In this document: positions 31,646-40,548 of the stretch, piece by piece
Numbering within the stretch: the stretch's first letter is position 1
Layout of the letters: the number at the start of each line of letters is the position of its first letter
The notes under the pieces: model-generated
Told to the model about the DNA's origin: nothing
Database searches by the model: none
What the model saw: only the letters and a program-made list of their open reading frames with translations
From: a virus
Virus record (IMG/VR): IMGVR_UViG_3300045953_000166
DNA length: 64,000 nucleotides
Direction: 5' to 3' (one strand)
Translations under genes and position numbers: made by a program

Positions 31646-32409
31646 GCTTCAATCACTCCGGTTCCGATGAGACCCACCGTGCCGCCACAGAGCGCGCCGC
31701 TGCCTCCGTTCGGCACCGTTCCGCAGAAGAGATTCGTGCCGCAGATGGGCCCGTCGATCTCGACGATGATCTGGCGACAGACCTCGTGCCCAGCCTTGAA
31801 CGTTTTCATGATGTAACGAAGTTCGTCGATGACTTCGGGCGCCGCCGTGATCCCCGCCGTGTGCTGCCCCGCGATCGCTGGCGTTGATCCAGCGAGGCGC
31901 GGTGGATCGAATGGCGTGCCGTCGCCGGCCACGACACCAGACGCACCGCAGAGCGCACCGCCGCCACAGAGGAAGAAGCTCGAGCCGTCCGCATGGCTCG
32001 CGAACGGGAGAAACGCCCAGATTTGAGTGATGTGATTGAGCGGCGTGCGATCCCATTCGCGGGGTGAATAGACCGCGGCGCTCTCGTAGCCTGCCGCGCC
32101 GAGCTCGCCGAGGAGGCAGTCGGCGGTCCCGCTCGACTCCCAAATCTCGAGCGCACGGCCGAGGCGCTCACGGTAACCCTCGTCGTCCTCCGCGAGGTAG
32201 CGGCGAAGCCGCCGATCGCTACCCTGGTAGCCGAGCACGTCGCTCGGCTGCCCGGCGATGAGCCAGAGCGCTTGCACCGCCGTAGCTGCGCCGAGCGCGA
32301 TGATGTCGGCGAGCAATCCCCCGACGAGGCCCGAGAAACGCTCGCCGAGTGTTCCCTTCCACGGCCGCGCTGGGAGGCGGCGCGCGATGAGTTCGCGATA
32401 GTTGCCCAT
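31642..32409 (-). CDS. Baseplate protein (P2 gpI / Mu gp48-like position) with Gly/Cys-rich C-terminus
   Basis: Follows the baseplate-J gene. RLGRALEIWESSGTADCL resembles the gp48/DUF2313-type motif. The C-terminus has repeated CGG/LCG motifs. Confidence 0.4.
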   Translation of the reverse strand: MGNYRELIARRLPARPWKGTLGERFSGLVGGLLADIIALGAATAVQALWLIAGQPSDVLGYQGSDRRLRRYLAEDDEGYRERLGRALEIWESSGTADCLLGELGAAGYESAAVYSPREWDRTPLNHITQIWAFLPFASHADGSSFFLCGGGALCGASGVVAGDGTPFDPPRLAGSTPAIAGQHTAGITAAPEVIDELRYIMKTFKAGHEVCRQIIVEIDGPICGTNLFCGTVPNGGSGALCGGTVGLIGTGVIEA

Positions 32410-33551
32410 CAGGCCGAGAGGAAGGTGATGCCGCTGAGATCACCGGGTTCGACGATCTCGAAGGCCGTCAGGAGGAAATCGGTCAGCCCCGGGAGGCGCA
32501 CGGACACTACGCCCGGGATCTGGCTCATCGCAGTGATGAGCTCGCTCACCGGGAAGACGCCCGTTGTGGATGGCGGGAGAATCACGCCACCGATGTCCAC
32601 GGCACCGCAAAAGTCCTGGATCGCGTTCAGTACCTCGCTCTGCCGTGCCGGCGTGTTGAACGCGCTCAGGATGTGCACCGTTCCGACCGGGTTCAGTTGG
32701 ATGGTCGGCGGCGCCACGGCGAGCGGATCGCAAGATGGGGAGCGTTTCGCGTCGAGCTCCGCCTGGACGTTCGAGACGTCGGTCGGTCCGGCTGGGCCGG
32801 TCGAAGTCGCGACGTACACGTCGAGAGTGTGCGGCCCTCGCGGGTTCGAGTCGTCCACCTTGACGCGCTCGATCCCCGCGACGCTCCGCGCGAGGAATTC
32901 GTACCCGTCCGCGGGAAGCGAGATCTGATTCAGCGTCGTAATGCGGGTGCGATTCCGCTGCCGGATGGAAGTGATGCTCTCCTCGTCCGAGCCCGCCGTC
33001 GTGTACCAGGGCGCGCCACCAACGCCAGCAGGATTCGTGACCGTTACGCCCGCGAGCGACGAGCGGAGGTGCTTGATCGCGCCGTTCGCGACGTTGCCTG
33101 ACGAGCCACCGAGGACGGCTCGAACCGTGACGGTCAGCGTCGCTCCGATGTTGAGCGAGCCGCCTGTACGGTTCTGAAACTCTATTCCAGCGTCCGTGGC
33201 GACGAGAACTTCACCGACGCCGATGGTGTAATTCTTAGTCCCGACGTTCGTGAGAACGCACGGGCCCACGGTGTTGACGGCAGGATGCTGAATGTTCTGG
33301 TAGTTCGACCGGGAGAGCTCGCGCAGAGGGGTTCCCGTCGCGAAGTCGTTCAGGGCGAAGTCGACCGTCTGCCGCACGGTCTCGGTGAGGTCCGACCATA
33401 CGGTCGAGAACGCGCGGACGAATCGGTACTGCTTCGAGTCGAGCGCCCAATTCGTCGGGGTGAATCCGAGCGCGCCGAGCTGCCCGAGCACGAACTCGAT
33501 CGCCTCGGTGCGCTTCAGGCGCTTTCTGAGTTGGTCGACACCGACGGTCAT
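32409..33551 (-). CDS. Baseplate J-like protein
   Basis: 380 aa. AGSDEESITSIRQRN is the typical baseplate-J motif. Lies between the W-like and I-like genes. Confidence 0.7.
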   Translation of the reverse strand: MTVGVDQLRKRLKRTEAIEFVLGQLGALGFTPTNWALDSKQYRFVRAFSTVWSDLTETVRQTVDFALNDFATGTPLRELSRSNYQNIQHPAVNTVGPCVLTNVGTKNYTIGVGEVLVATDAGIEFQNRTGGSLNIGATLTVTVRAVLGGSSGNVANGAIKHLRSSLAGVTVTNPAGVGGAPWYTTAGSDEESITSIRQRNRTRITTLNQISLPADGYEFLARSVAGIERVKVDDSNPRGPHTLDVYVATSTGPAGPTDVSNVQAELDAKRSPSCDPLAVAPPTIQLNPVGTVHILSAFNTPARQSEVLNAIQDFCGAVDIGGVILPPSTTGVFPVSELITAMSQIPGVVSVRLPGLTDFLLTAFEIVEPGDLSGITFLSA

Positions 33552-33937
33552 GCGGCTTCTTGGAGGTTGAACTCGACGAGTTTCACGGCAGCCACGGTCA
33601 CCGAAATGACCATCTCGAACGCCTCACCGCCCGATGCGACGACACCGATCGTCACCGTCAGCGTGGAGCCGTTCTGAACGACCTTCGCGGTAGCGCTCGC
33701 GACGCGTTCGTCCGCTTTCATCTGCTCGACGATCTTCTGCTCGACCTCGCCCGCATCCACGACGTCGCCGACCACGAGCGTGAGGTCGTAGCCGTTCGTG
33801 GGCTCGTCCTCGGCGGTGCCGGGGATGTTGCCGAGGCGACAGCAGAGATTCTCGGCGAGGCAGCGCAGGCCCGAGACGAATGAGAGCTCGGCGTCTAGGT
33901 CTTCGATGCCGCCGAGGTCTTCGCCGTAGTCGGGCAT
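33548..33937 (-). CDS. Baseplate wedge protein (gp25/W- or XkdS-like)
   Basis: 129 aa, GLRCLAENLCCRLGNIPGTAEDEPTNGYDL. Position immediately before baseplate J. Confidence 0.4.
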   Translation of the reverse strand: MPDYGEDLGGIEDLDAELSFVSGLRCLAENLCCRLGNIPGTAEDEPTNGYDLTLVVGDVVDAGEVEQKIVEQMKADERVASATAKVVQNGSTLTVTIGVVASGGEAFEMVISVTVAAVKLVEFNLQEAA

Positions 33938-34557
33938 CAGGCGGCCGTGGCGAAGGCTTGCTGCGCGGCAGCCATCGCGCCCCCATCCGACGCCGCGAAG
34001 ATCCAGGCGACGCAGCCGTCGCCGCCGTTCCCCTCGGGGAAGCCGTTCTCGGTCGCCGCCGCGAGCTCGTCACCGAGGTCCCGCACCGCGCCGGTGTACT
34101 GGTAGGCGTGGATGCCGGGGGTGCCGAGCAGAAGGCCGAGGTCGAGCGAAAAGTCTACCGACGCCTCGAGCAGCGCCTTGATCTCGGCCGCGAACGAAAT
34201 GCTCGCGTTGAAGTGACCAATGTCCGCCTGAATCTGCGCGATGAGCTTCGCGACGGCCGCGAGCTGGAAGCTCAGGCCTGGAAGCCCGAGGCTGATCGCC
34301 GCTTCAAGAGCAGCAACCAGCTTCAACGCTGCTTCGAGCTGGGCCGTGAGGCTCGGGGGCGTGAGCACGAGCGAGGCTTGGAGCTTCAGCGCGGCCGCGA
34401 GCTTCGCGTTCAGGCTGGGCAGCACGAGGCCCACGTCGGCCTCGAGCCGTGCGCTCGCAGCGAGGCCGGCAGCAAGGGCAGCGTCGAGCTCGACCTTCGC
34501 GCGCCCAGCGATGGGCACGCAGTTACCGAGCGTGAGGGAGCCGAGGTGGACGAGCAT
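33937..34557 (-). CDS. Hypothetical Ala/Leu-rich baseplate-module protein
   Basis: 206 aa, coupled start (33937). The antisense ORFs are Arg-rich. Confidence 0.4.
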   Translation of the reverse strand: MLVHLGSLTLGNCVPIAGRAKVELDAALAAGLAASARLEADVGLVLPSLNAKLAAALKLQASLVLTPPSLTAQLEAALKLVAALEAAISLGLPGLSFQLAAVAKLIAQIQADIGHFNASISFAAEIKALLEASVDFSLDLGLLLGTPGIHAYQYTGAVRDLGDELAAATENGFPEGNGGDGCVAWIFAASDGGAMAAAQQAFATAA

Positions 34558-34567
34558 CGGGATCGTT

Positions 34568-35101
34568 TCAGGGGATCAGGAACTTCGGATTTCCGCCGGC
34601 GACGATGGCCGTCACGCTTCCCGTCGGGAGGGTGGCGGTCCCGCTGAACGGGAGGCCGCCAGGCGGCGTCGGTATCGGCGGCGGGGGCGGGGCGCCGGGC
34701 GCTTGTGTGAAGCCCTCGAGCAGGCCCTCGACGGTCACGACGTCGGGAAGGAGGACATCGACCGGGTAGCCCATGCCGGAGACGCTCGCCGCGCCCTCGT
34801 CGACGGCGACCAGGTTGGGCGCAGTCCCTGCCTCCCACGCCGAGATATACGGGCGTTTCGGGTCACCCGACTGAAAGCCAACGAGGCACCGCGATCCCTG
34901 CGCTCCGCTCGCCCTGGTGGCAGGAAGGCCAGCAAGCGCGAAGAGGGGCGGAAGGCCTCGCCCTCGTATCGACTCGTCGTCGGGCGTCACGTCCATCGAG
35001 CCGTCGGCGTGCACGAGCTCGACGGTCGCGGGGTAGTGGCGATGAAATCTGAGGTCGCGGCAAACCCACCGGATGAACGCCGCGAGCTTTTCGCCGATCA
35101 T
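34568..35101 (-). CDS. Baseplate spike (gpV/gp138-N-like) paralog 2
   Basis: LAAFIRWVCRDLRFHRHYPATVELVHADGSMDVTPDDESIRGRGL...LVGFQSGDPKRPYI is homologous to 35098-35568. Confidence 0.5.
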   Translation of the reverse strand: MIGEKLAAFIRWVCRDLRFHRHYPATVELVHADGSMDVTPDDESIRGRGLPPLFALAGLPATRASGAQGSRCLVGFQSGDPKRPYISAWEAGTAPNLVAVDEGAASVSGMGYPVDVLLPDVVTVEGLLEGFTQAPGAPPPPPIPTPPGGLPFSGTATLPTGSVTAIVAGGNPKFLIP

Positions 35102-35568
35102 GCCTTGAACCCCGTTGCGCCGCCGTCGATGAGCCCCGAGGCCGAGGTAGTGATCGTCATGGTGCCCGTGAACGCTCCGACCGGCGTCACACCCACGACC
35201 GGGACCGTTGGAGGGAAGAAGACCGTGACCGGATCTCCGTCGCGCGCGATCGGCCTGTCACCGTTGTCGAAGGCGATTTCGTCCACCGCCCCGGGCTCCC
35301 AGAGCGAAGCGTATGGCCGCGCCGGGTCTCCGGCCTCGAAGCCCAGCAAGAGCCTCGCCCCTGCCTTCACTTTCACGCGGAAGCCAGGAAGGCCATGGCG
35401 TATCGGGACAGCTTGCAACCCACCCCCGCGGATCGCTTCGTCGTCGGGCGTGAGATCGAGCGTGCCGTCATCGGCCTGGCGCTCGACCGTGCACGGGTAT
35501 TGGGCGTGATAGCGGGTATCCCGCATCACCCAACGGATGAACGCGGCGAGCGATTTCCCGAGCGTCAC
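35098..35568 (-). CDS. Baseplate spike (gpV/gp138-N-like) paralog 1
   Basis: LAAFIRWVMRDTRYHAQYPCTVERQADDGTLDLTPDDEAIRGGGL...LLGFEAGDPARPYA shows the OB-fold spike pattern. Confidence 0.5.
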   Translation of the reverse strand: MTLGKSLAAFIRWVMRDTRYHAQYPCTVERQADDGTLDLTPDDEAIRGGGLQAVPIRHGLPGFRVKVKAGARLLLGFEAGDPARPYASLWEPGAVDEIAFDNGDRPIARDGDPVTVFFPPTVPVVGVTPVGAFTGTMTITTSASGLIDGGATGFKA

Positions 35569-35900
35569 GCATCGACCCCGAGCATCTCGAGCGCGCCTCG
35601 CACGGCCGCGGCGGTCTTGTACCGGAGCATGAGGTTGTCGCCCGGGGTCCCGGTCTCACCGAGCGTCGAGGTCACAGCTACGTCGACGGCTTCGATGGCG
35701 AGGTCGATGAGGTCGTCGGCCGCGCGCGCCCGCACGGTCGGCGGGTTGATGCTCAGGAGTCCGCGAGCTCGCTCCGATCCGGAAACGGTGCGTTGCGGCT
35801 CGAGCCCATCGATGCCATCGATCACGCACTCGAACGACCCGCCCTCGAGCGTCACGGTCGCGCGTGGCCAGTTGGTTCGGTCCCAGGTTGCGGTTGCCAT
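35565..35900 (-). CDS. Hypothetical tail protein
   Basis: Start MATATWD (ATG 35900 overlaps the upstream TGA by 1 nt). The track ORF starts at 35918. Confidence 0.45.
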   Translation of the reverse strand: MATATWDRTNWPRATVTLEGGSFECVIDGIDGLEPQRTVSGSERARGLLSINPPTVRARAADDLIDLAIEAVDVAVTSTLGETGTPGDNLMLRYKTAAAVRGALEMLGVDA

Positions 35901-36577
35901 CAGGCGGCCTCGAGCCAATACGTCGCGCGCAGGTCTCCGCCCTCGACCCGATACTCGACATCACCCACCCGATCGCCGTTCACGGTCGAATCCGGCAAGA
36001 GATCGAGCGCGTCGAGCGCCACGTGAACTCGCTGGCGGGCAGGCTCACGGTCGAGCTCGACGAGACCATCGGGCGTGGCCCGGTTGAAAGCAGGAGCGCC
36101 CACCCAAACGGTGCCGGCGGGAAGCACTCGCCACGTCGCATCCACGGCCTCGAGGACCAGCGTGAGCTGCTCGGCCGCCGAGCTCGCGGCGGTCGAGGCA
36201 TTGCCGGCGCGGGTCCAATGGTCGATTCGCGCCCGGAGCGCCGGCGCCGTCAGGGCACGCTGCGAGAGCGTTTCCTTCGCGTCCGCCAGGATGTCGAGCA
36301 CGACCGTTCGCACGATCGTCCCGACGTACGACTTCGCGGGCGCGGGCAGGCGAAGGCCGCCAGAGCCACCCACGACAACCGCCGTGCACACTTCCGCGAC
36401 GACGCCCGACGTGAGGATCTTTCCGATCCACTCGTTCTCGCCATCCGAAATCGTTGCCTTGCCGGACAGCGCGTCGATCGCGCGGGCACTCACGTCCGCT
36501 ACCCACACGCCCTCGAGGGGCGACCGGAGCTTCATGCCGAGAACGGGTGCGCCGTTCAGGGTGATCGAGCGTGCCAC
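35900..36577 (-). CDS. Hypothetical baseplate hub-region protein
   Basis: 225 aa, position between the tape measure and the spike. Confidence 0.45.
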   Translation of the reverse strand: MARSITLNGAPVLGMKLRSPLEGVWVADVSARAIDALSGKATISDGENEWIGKILTSGVVAEVCTAVVVGGSGGLRLPAPAKSYVGTIVRTVVLDILADAKETLSQRALTAPALRARIDHWTRAGNASTAASSAAEQLTLVLEAVDATWRVLPAGTVWVGAPAFNRATPDGLVELDREPARQRVHVALDALDLLPDSTVNGDRVGDVEYRVEGGDLRATYWLEAA

Positions 36578-36580
36578 GCC

Positions 36581-37156
36581 TCATCCCCTCGGATCGGGCA
36601 TGTTGTCGTGCACCGACCCGCCGCTCGGGGGCGCACCGGAGCCGGCGACTCCGTCGTCACGGAACGGAATCCAAGCGCTGGCGTCGTCTTTCGGCTTCTT
36701 CTTCTGATCCTTCACGTTCTTCGAGAGCGCCGCATCGGGGAGCCACTCGAAGGCTTGAAGGTTCCACACCCAGCCCTCTACCGGATCGGGGTGTTCGATG
36801 TCGCAATCCCCGAGCACCACCGCAGTGACACCAAAGTAGTTGGCTGACTCGTGGAGGATCTCCAGCGGATCCATCGGATCGCCACTGGCCTTGCCGATGA
36901 TGAAGTCGCGCAAGTCGTCGGCGAGCAGCCGATCCTCGGCCGTGTCGTTGATGACGATCTCGATGTCGAGCTCCCTTGGATCGGAGCCCACGTCTTTCAA
37001 CCCGGCTCCACGCTTCCCCGTAGCCTTCCGCTTCTTGATGCCGGTCGGCAGCTTCAGCTTCACCCGCGCCATGCCCGGGATGCGTTTGCCGCCGAGGACG
37101 AGCGTGTCCCAAGTCCCACGCTCTTCATCTGCGGAACTCCAGGAACGGATCGGCAT
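36581..37156 (-). CDS. Hypothetical tail protein downstream of the tape measure
   Basis: 191 aa, balanced composition. Confidence 0.45.
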   Translation of the reverse strand: MPIRSWSSADEERGTWDTLVLGGKRIPGMARVKLKLPTGIKKRKATGKRGAGLKDVGSDPRELDIEIVINDTAEDRLLADDLRDFIIGKASGDPMDPLEILHESANYFGVTAVVLGDCDIEHPDPVEGWVWNLQAFEWLPDAALSKNVKDQKKKPKDDASAWIPFRDDGVAGSGAPPSGGSVHDNMPDPRG

Positions 37157-37286
37157 CGTTGCACGTGGCTAGAAAAGTGGACCGACGATCGGCTCTCGTG
37201 GGATCGCGCACTCCGCCAGGCGATCACCCAGGGAGGGGGGCAAGCGACGGGAGCGGCGCGAACGCACGCGACCGTCGGTCCATGCT

Positions 37287-39092
37287 TCATGCGGCGCCGA
37301 CGGTGCGCGCGAGGTCCGAGACCTCGTCCTCGAGCGCGCGCCGTACCCGCACCTCGAGGTCGTCGGCGAGCTCGGCGGAGCTCTGGCCGGGTTGCTGGGT
37401 GATCTGGAAAACCGGAGCGAAGCGCACGCTCACGGAAGAGCCCCCGGGTGCCATGTCGCCGGCACGCGGACGATCCGCGAAACTCGAAGCGACAGGCCCA
37501 ACCTGGGCCTGGGCGCGTGACGTTACCGCGTTGTCGTTTGCTGCGAGCGTCACCGACCCGCGCGCGAGCCTGTCGATCGCACTGCCGACATCGATCGACT
37601 CGATGCCTCGCCTCAGTCCGAGCGAGATGAGGGTGCCCTTTTCCTCCATCGCCTTCGAAGGGCTGCCGAAGTTGAAGATCTTGCCAAGCTTGCCCATGAT
37701 CGCCGCGCCGACGCGTCCCGCGACATCGGAGACCTTGGTGATACCCGCCTCGAGGCCGCTCACGAGGCCGTCGATGATCCGCGGTCCCCACGTGGCTGCC
37801 GCGTCGATGACCTTGGAGGCCGCACTCCGAACGACATCGAAGGGCTTTTGGATGGCGTCCCCCAGGCGAAACAGCGCCGGGAGGATCTCGAGAACCAGCG
37901 TGGTGAGCTTGCCGAGCATCCCGACGATCATGCCGAGACGCTTCCCCCAACTCTCCGCCGCCTTTGCCACCTCGGGTTTGGCCAGGGCCGAGAGGAATCG
38001 GTCGAGCGATTCCCCCATCTTCGGGAGATCCTTGCTGAGCTCGCCGCCGAAGCCCTTGAAGAAGCGCTGGGCGATCGGCGTCACCTTTTCGATGAGCTTG
38101 CCGATGAACTCGAACGCCTGCCCGAGACCGGTGGCAAGCCTGTCGATCGCCTGCTGCCCCTCTGGGCTCGTGAGGAATGCATCGAGCTTCGCGGCGATGG
38201 GCCCGATAGCTCGCTCGATTTGCGGGACCATCTGCTCACCGAGGGAGACCATGAGGTTCTGCCCTCGTGCCTTCAGGCGGCCGGCCATGCCCGTGAGCGT
38301 CGTGTCGGCGAAGCGTTTCCCTGCCTCTCCCAACACCTTCGAACCGGTCTTCTCTTGGACCGCTTGGAGGATGGCGGAGATCGCCGTGTCGGCGTCGATC
38401 TTCCCGCCCTCTTGCAGCTTCAGCACTTCGGCGTTGCTCGAGACGCCGAGCAGCTTCTGCATCTTCTGACGGATGAGGTCGATCGAAACCCCAGCGTTCG
38501 CGAGCTGGTTCAGCTCGTCGCCCTGCAGGATTCCCGTCCCCTTGATCTGCGTTATCGCACGAATGGCGCCGGCGACATCCTCGCCACCGGCACCGATGAC
38601 GCGGAGGTCGGCACCCATTCGGATGATGTCGCTCGCGAGTTCGGGGTTGAACTGCGCCGCGAGAAGCTTCTTGAAGTTCCCCGTCGTGTCCTGGACGTCC
38701 ATCCCGAACTCGACGGCGAGGTTTCGCGCGCGCTCGAATAGTTTCGCCCCGGACGCGCCGTGCTTCGCGAGCGCGTTGAACGCGAGCTCTGAGTTTTCAG
38801 CGAACGTCGTGAATTCGATGACGGTTGCGATCGCGCCCTTGCCGAGGTCCACGATCGCGCCGAGCGCGCGCGCGGCGCCGTCCGCAATGAGGCTGCCAAT
38901 GGCCACGCCCTTCACCCCGAGACCGCCGAGCGACCTTCCGGTGCTAGTGCTCTGAGTCTCGAGCTTCTTGAATCCCTCGGTCGCAGGACGGACCTGCTTT
39001 CGCGTGAGCTTGTCGATCCCCGAACCGATGCGACTCAGCGGTCGACTCATCTTGTCGATGAGCTCGAGTACGAAACGAGAGCGGTTAGCCAA
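37287..39092 (-). CDS. Tail tape measure protein
   Basis: 601 aa, helical and Ala/Gly/Leu-rich. AITQIKGTGILQGDELNQLANAGV is the conserved tape-measure motif. Lies downstream of the chaperone pair. Confidence 0.8.
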   Translation of the reverse strand: MANRSRFVLELIDKMSRPLSRIGSGIDKLTRKQVRPATEGFKKLETQSTSTGRSLGGLGVKGVAIGSLIADGAARALGAIVDLGKGAIATVIEFTTFAENSELAFNALAKHGASGAKLFERARNLAVEFGMDVQDTTGNFKKLLAAQFNPELASDIIRMGADLRVIGAGGEDVAGAIRAITQIKGTGILQGDELNQLANAGVSIDLIRQKMQKLLGVSSNAEVLKLQEGGKIDADTAISAILQAVQEKTGSKVLGEAGKRFADTTLTGMAGRLKARGQNLMVSLGEQMVPQIERAIGPIAAKLDAFLTSPEGQQAIDRLATGLGQAFEFIGKLIEKVTPIAQRFFKGFGGELSKDLPKMGESLDRFLSALAKPEVAKAAESWGKRLGMIVGMLGKLTTLVLEILPALFRLGDAIQKPFDVVRSAASKVIDAAATWGPRIIDGLVSGLEAGITKVSDVAGRVGAAIMGKLGKIFNFGSPSKAMEEKGTLISLGLRRGIESIDVGSAIDRLARGSVTLAANDNAVTSRAQAQVGPVASSFADRPRAGDMAPGGSSVSVRFAPVFQITQQPGQSSAELADDLEVRVRRALEDEVSDLARTVGAA

Positions 39093-39504
39093 AGGTCTGC
39101 CTCAAAATCTCTTGAACGGATTCGTTGATGCGGTCGCCCCACGCCCTCGGCAGGACGCCCTCGGGAACCATCTTTCGCGCGACCATTCGCTTCGTGCCCT
39201 GCTGATGAAAGTCAGCGTAATCGACCGCCGGCGCGATCGTCACCGAGGTGCGCCCCATCTTCTCGACGTGCCAACCACGGCGTAGCCTCGCCGTCTTTCC
39301 GACGAGGACCTGCCTGCCATCGGGGCGCTTCTTCCGCTCCCAACGCCGCCCGGCCGGATCCGTCTCGCTGCGAAACCCATCCTGAACGAGGCCGAGCAAT
39401 TCTTCGGCGACGCTCTTCGTGATGCGCCGCATGAGCACGGCGTCGCGGCCCACCTTGCGGCGGAGCTCGCGCAGTGCTCGGAGATCGGCCTTCAGTCGAA
39501 TCAT
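39085..39504 (-). CDS. Virion morphogenesis/tail-completion-like protein (Mu G / HK97 gp10-like pattern)
   Basis: DPAGRRWERKKRPDGRQVLVGKTARLRRGW...VDYADFHQQGT. Confidence 0.45.
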   Translation of the reverse strand: MIRLKADLRALRELRRKVGRDAVLMRRITKSVAEELLGLVQDGFRSETDPAGRRWERKKRPDGRQVLVGKTARLRRGWHVEKMGRTSVTIAPAVDYADFHQQGTKRMVARKMVPEGVLPRAWGDRINESVQEILRQTFG

Positions 39505-40024
39505 CGGCGTCTACGTCCCGGTCTCTTCTTCGTGGCCCGCCTGAGCGCCTTGTCGTACGCGACGACCCAGCTCTTCAGGTAGCGGACATTGTCGTAGAAT
39601 TCGGCGGTGTGCAGCGCGCCGACGTGCGCTTCCTCGGTCTCGGGCCTGTGCAAATAAGCGAAAAGCGCCCGCGCGGTTCCGTACAGGTACCGTCGCGAGC
39701 GCTGCCAGGCCTCTATCCTTTTTTTGCGATGATTTCGACTTCAGAGCCCGCGAGCTTTTCGAGCTCGAGCGCGATCGCTGGCGGCGCAGCCGGGTACCGG
39801 TTGAATGCCTGCTCGAGCACGTCTGGGCCCGGCTCGACGAGCGCCTTCAGGCAGAGCTGCCGACTCCAAAGGACGCCCTTCGAGCGGTCCTTCTGCATCT
39901 GCGCCTGAAACTCTTCGTAGTCGGTCTGATTCGGGCACTTGAACGCGAACTCTTTGCCAGAGAGCTTCGCGTAGATGAGATCGCCGTGCTGGGCCTCGAG
40001 GCCCTTCTTCGTATCGTTGTCCAC
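39501..40024 (-). CDS. Tail assembly chaperone -1 frameshift fusion (gpGT-like)
   Basis: After the slip on A AAA AAA, the -1 frame reads RIEAWQRSRRYLYGTARALFAYLHRPETEEAHVGALHTAEFYDNVRYLKSWVVAYDKALRRATKKRPGRRRR. It stops at TGA 39503-39501, overlapping the ATG of the next gene. Confidence 0.6.
39713..40024 (-). CDS. Tail assembly chaperone (gpG-like, zero-frame product)
   Basis: 103 aa acidic protein between the tube and tape measure genes. Ends ...EIIAKKG-stop on a run of seven A. Confidence 0.65.
   Translation of the reverse strand: MDNDTKKGLEAQHGDLIYAKLSGKEFAFKCPNQTDYEEFQAQMQKDRSKGVLWSRQLCLKALVEPGPDVLEQAFNRYPAAPPAIALELEKLAGSEVEIIAKKG
39719..39725 (-). promoter_or_regulatory. Slippery heptamer A AAA AAA for programmed -1 frameshifting
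   Basis: Seven consecutive T on the plus strand at 39719-39725, in the X XXY YYZ register of the chaperone frame and 2 codons before its stop. Confidence 0.6.
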
Positions 40025-40076
40025 CGTTCACCTCCCTTGGTTGATGGTGGGTTTTCACCGGCTATGGCCGGATGAA

Positions 40077-40541
40077 TCAAATTCGCTGGTTCCTGAACGG
40101 CTTCTTTCCGTCGAATGTGCGGTACAGGAACGAGATGGGGAACGACGTCTGGACGCCCTCGGGCCCGTCGCCCGGGTCTTCGTCCACGTCGAGAATGCGA
40201 CACGAGACGAGCTCGCGCGTGATGCCTGGCTTGTTCGGCGCGATGTAGCGCACGACGATGTTGAAGATCATGTCGGAGAAACCATCTCCGAGGTGATTGA
40301 TTAGGGCCTGCGCTTCCTCGACGTCGTCCGTCTCGAGCGAGCCCTCGCCGACTTGCATCTTGCCGCGTGTGCGCCCGAGCACCTCGGGCACCGAGGCCGT
40401 TTCCCCGATGATGCCCTCCTCGATGGGCTGCGAGTGCGTGACCTTGAAGGTCGTGAAGAGGCGGCGTCCGATGCGGATCTCGGTGCCGGATTGGCTGTAC
40501 TTGAAGCCCCGCGTGTCGGGGTAGAGGGGATCAGTAGTCAT
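40077..40541 (-). CDS. Tail tube protein
   Basis: 154 aa, immediately after the sheath gene, beta-rich. Confidence 0.55.
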   Translation of the reverse strand: MTTDPLYPDTRGFKYSQSGTEIRIGRRLFTTFKVTHSQPIEEGIIGETASVPEVLGRTRGKMQVGEGSLETDDVEEAQALINHLGDGFSDMIFNIVVRYIAPNKPGITRELVSCRILDVDEDPGDGPEGVQTSFPISFLYRTFDGKKPFRNQRI

Positions 40542-40548
40542 TGACTCC

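Noticed and set aside
37179-37281. 9-bp inverted repeat (GGACCGACG / CGTCGGTCC) spanning 85 nt in the gap after the tape-measure gene
   Set aside because: A single 9-bp match in GC-rich DNA is within chance expectation. There is no T-tract or other supporting signal.
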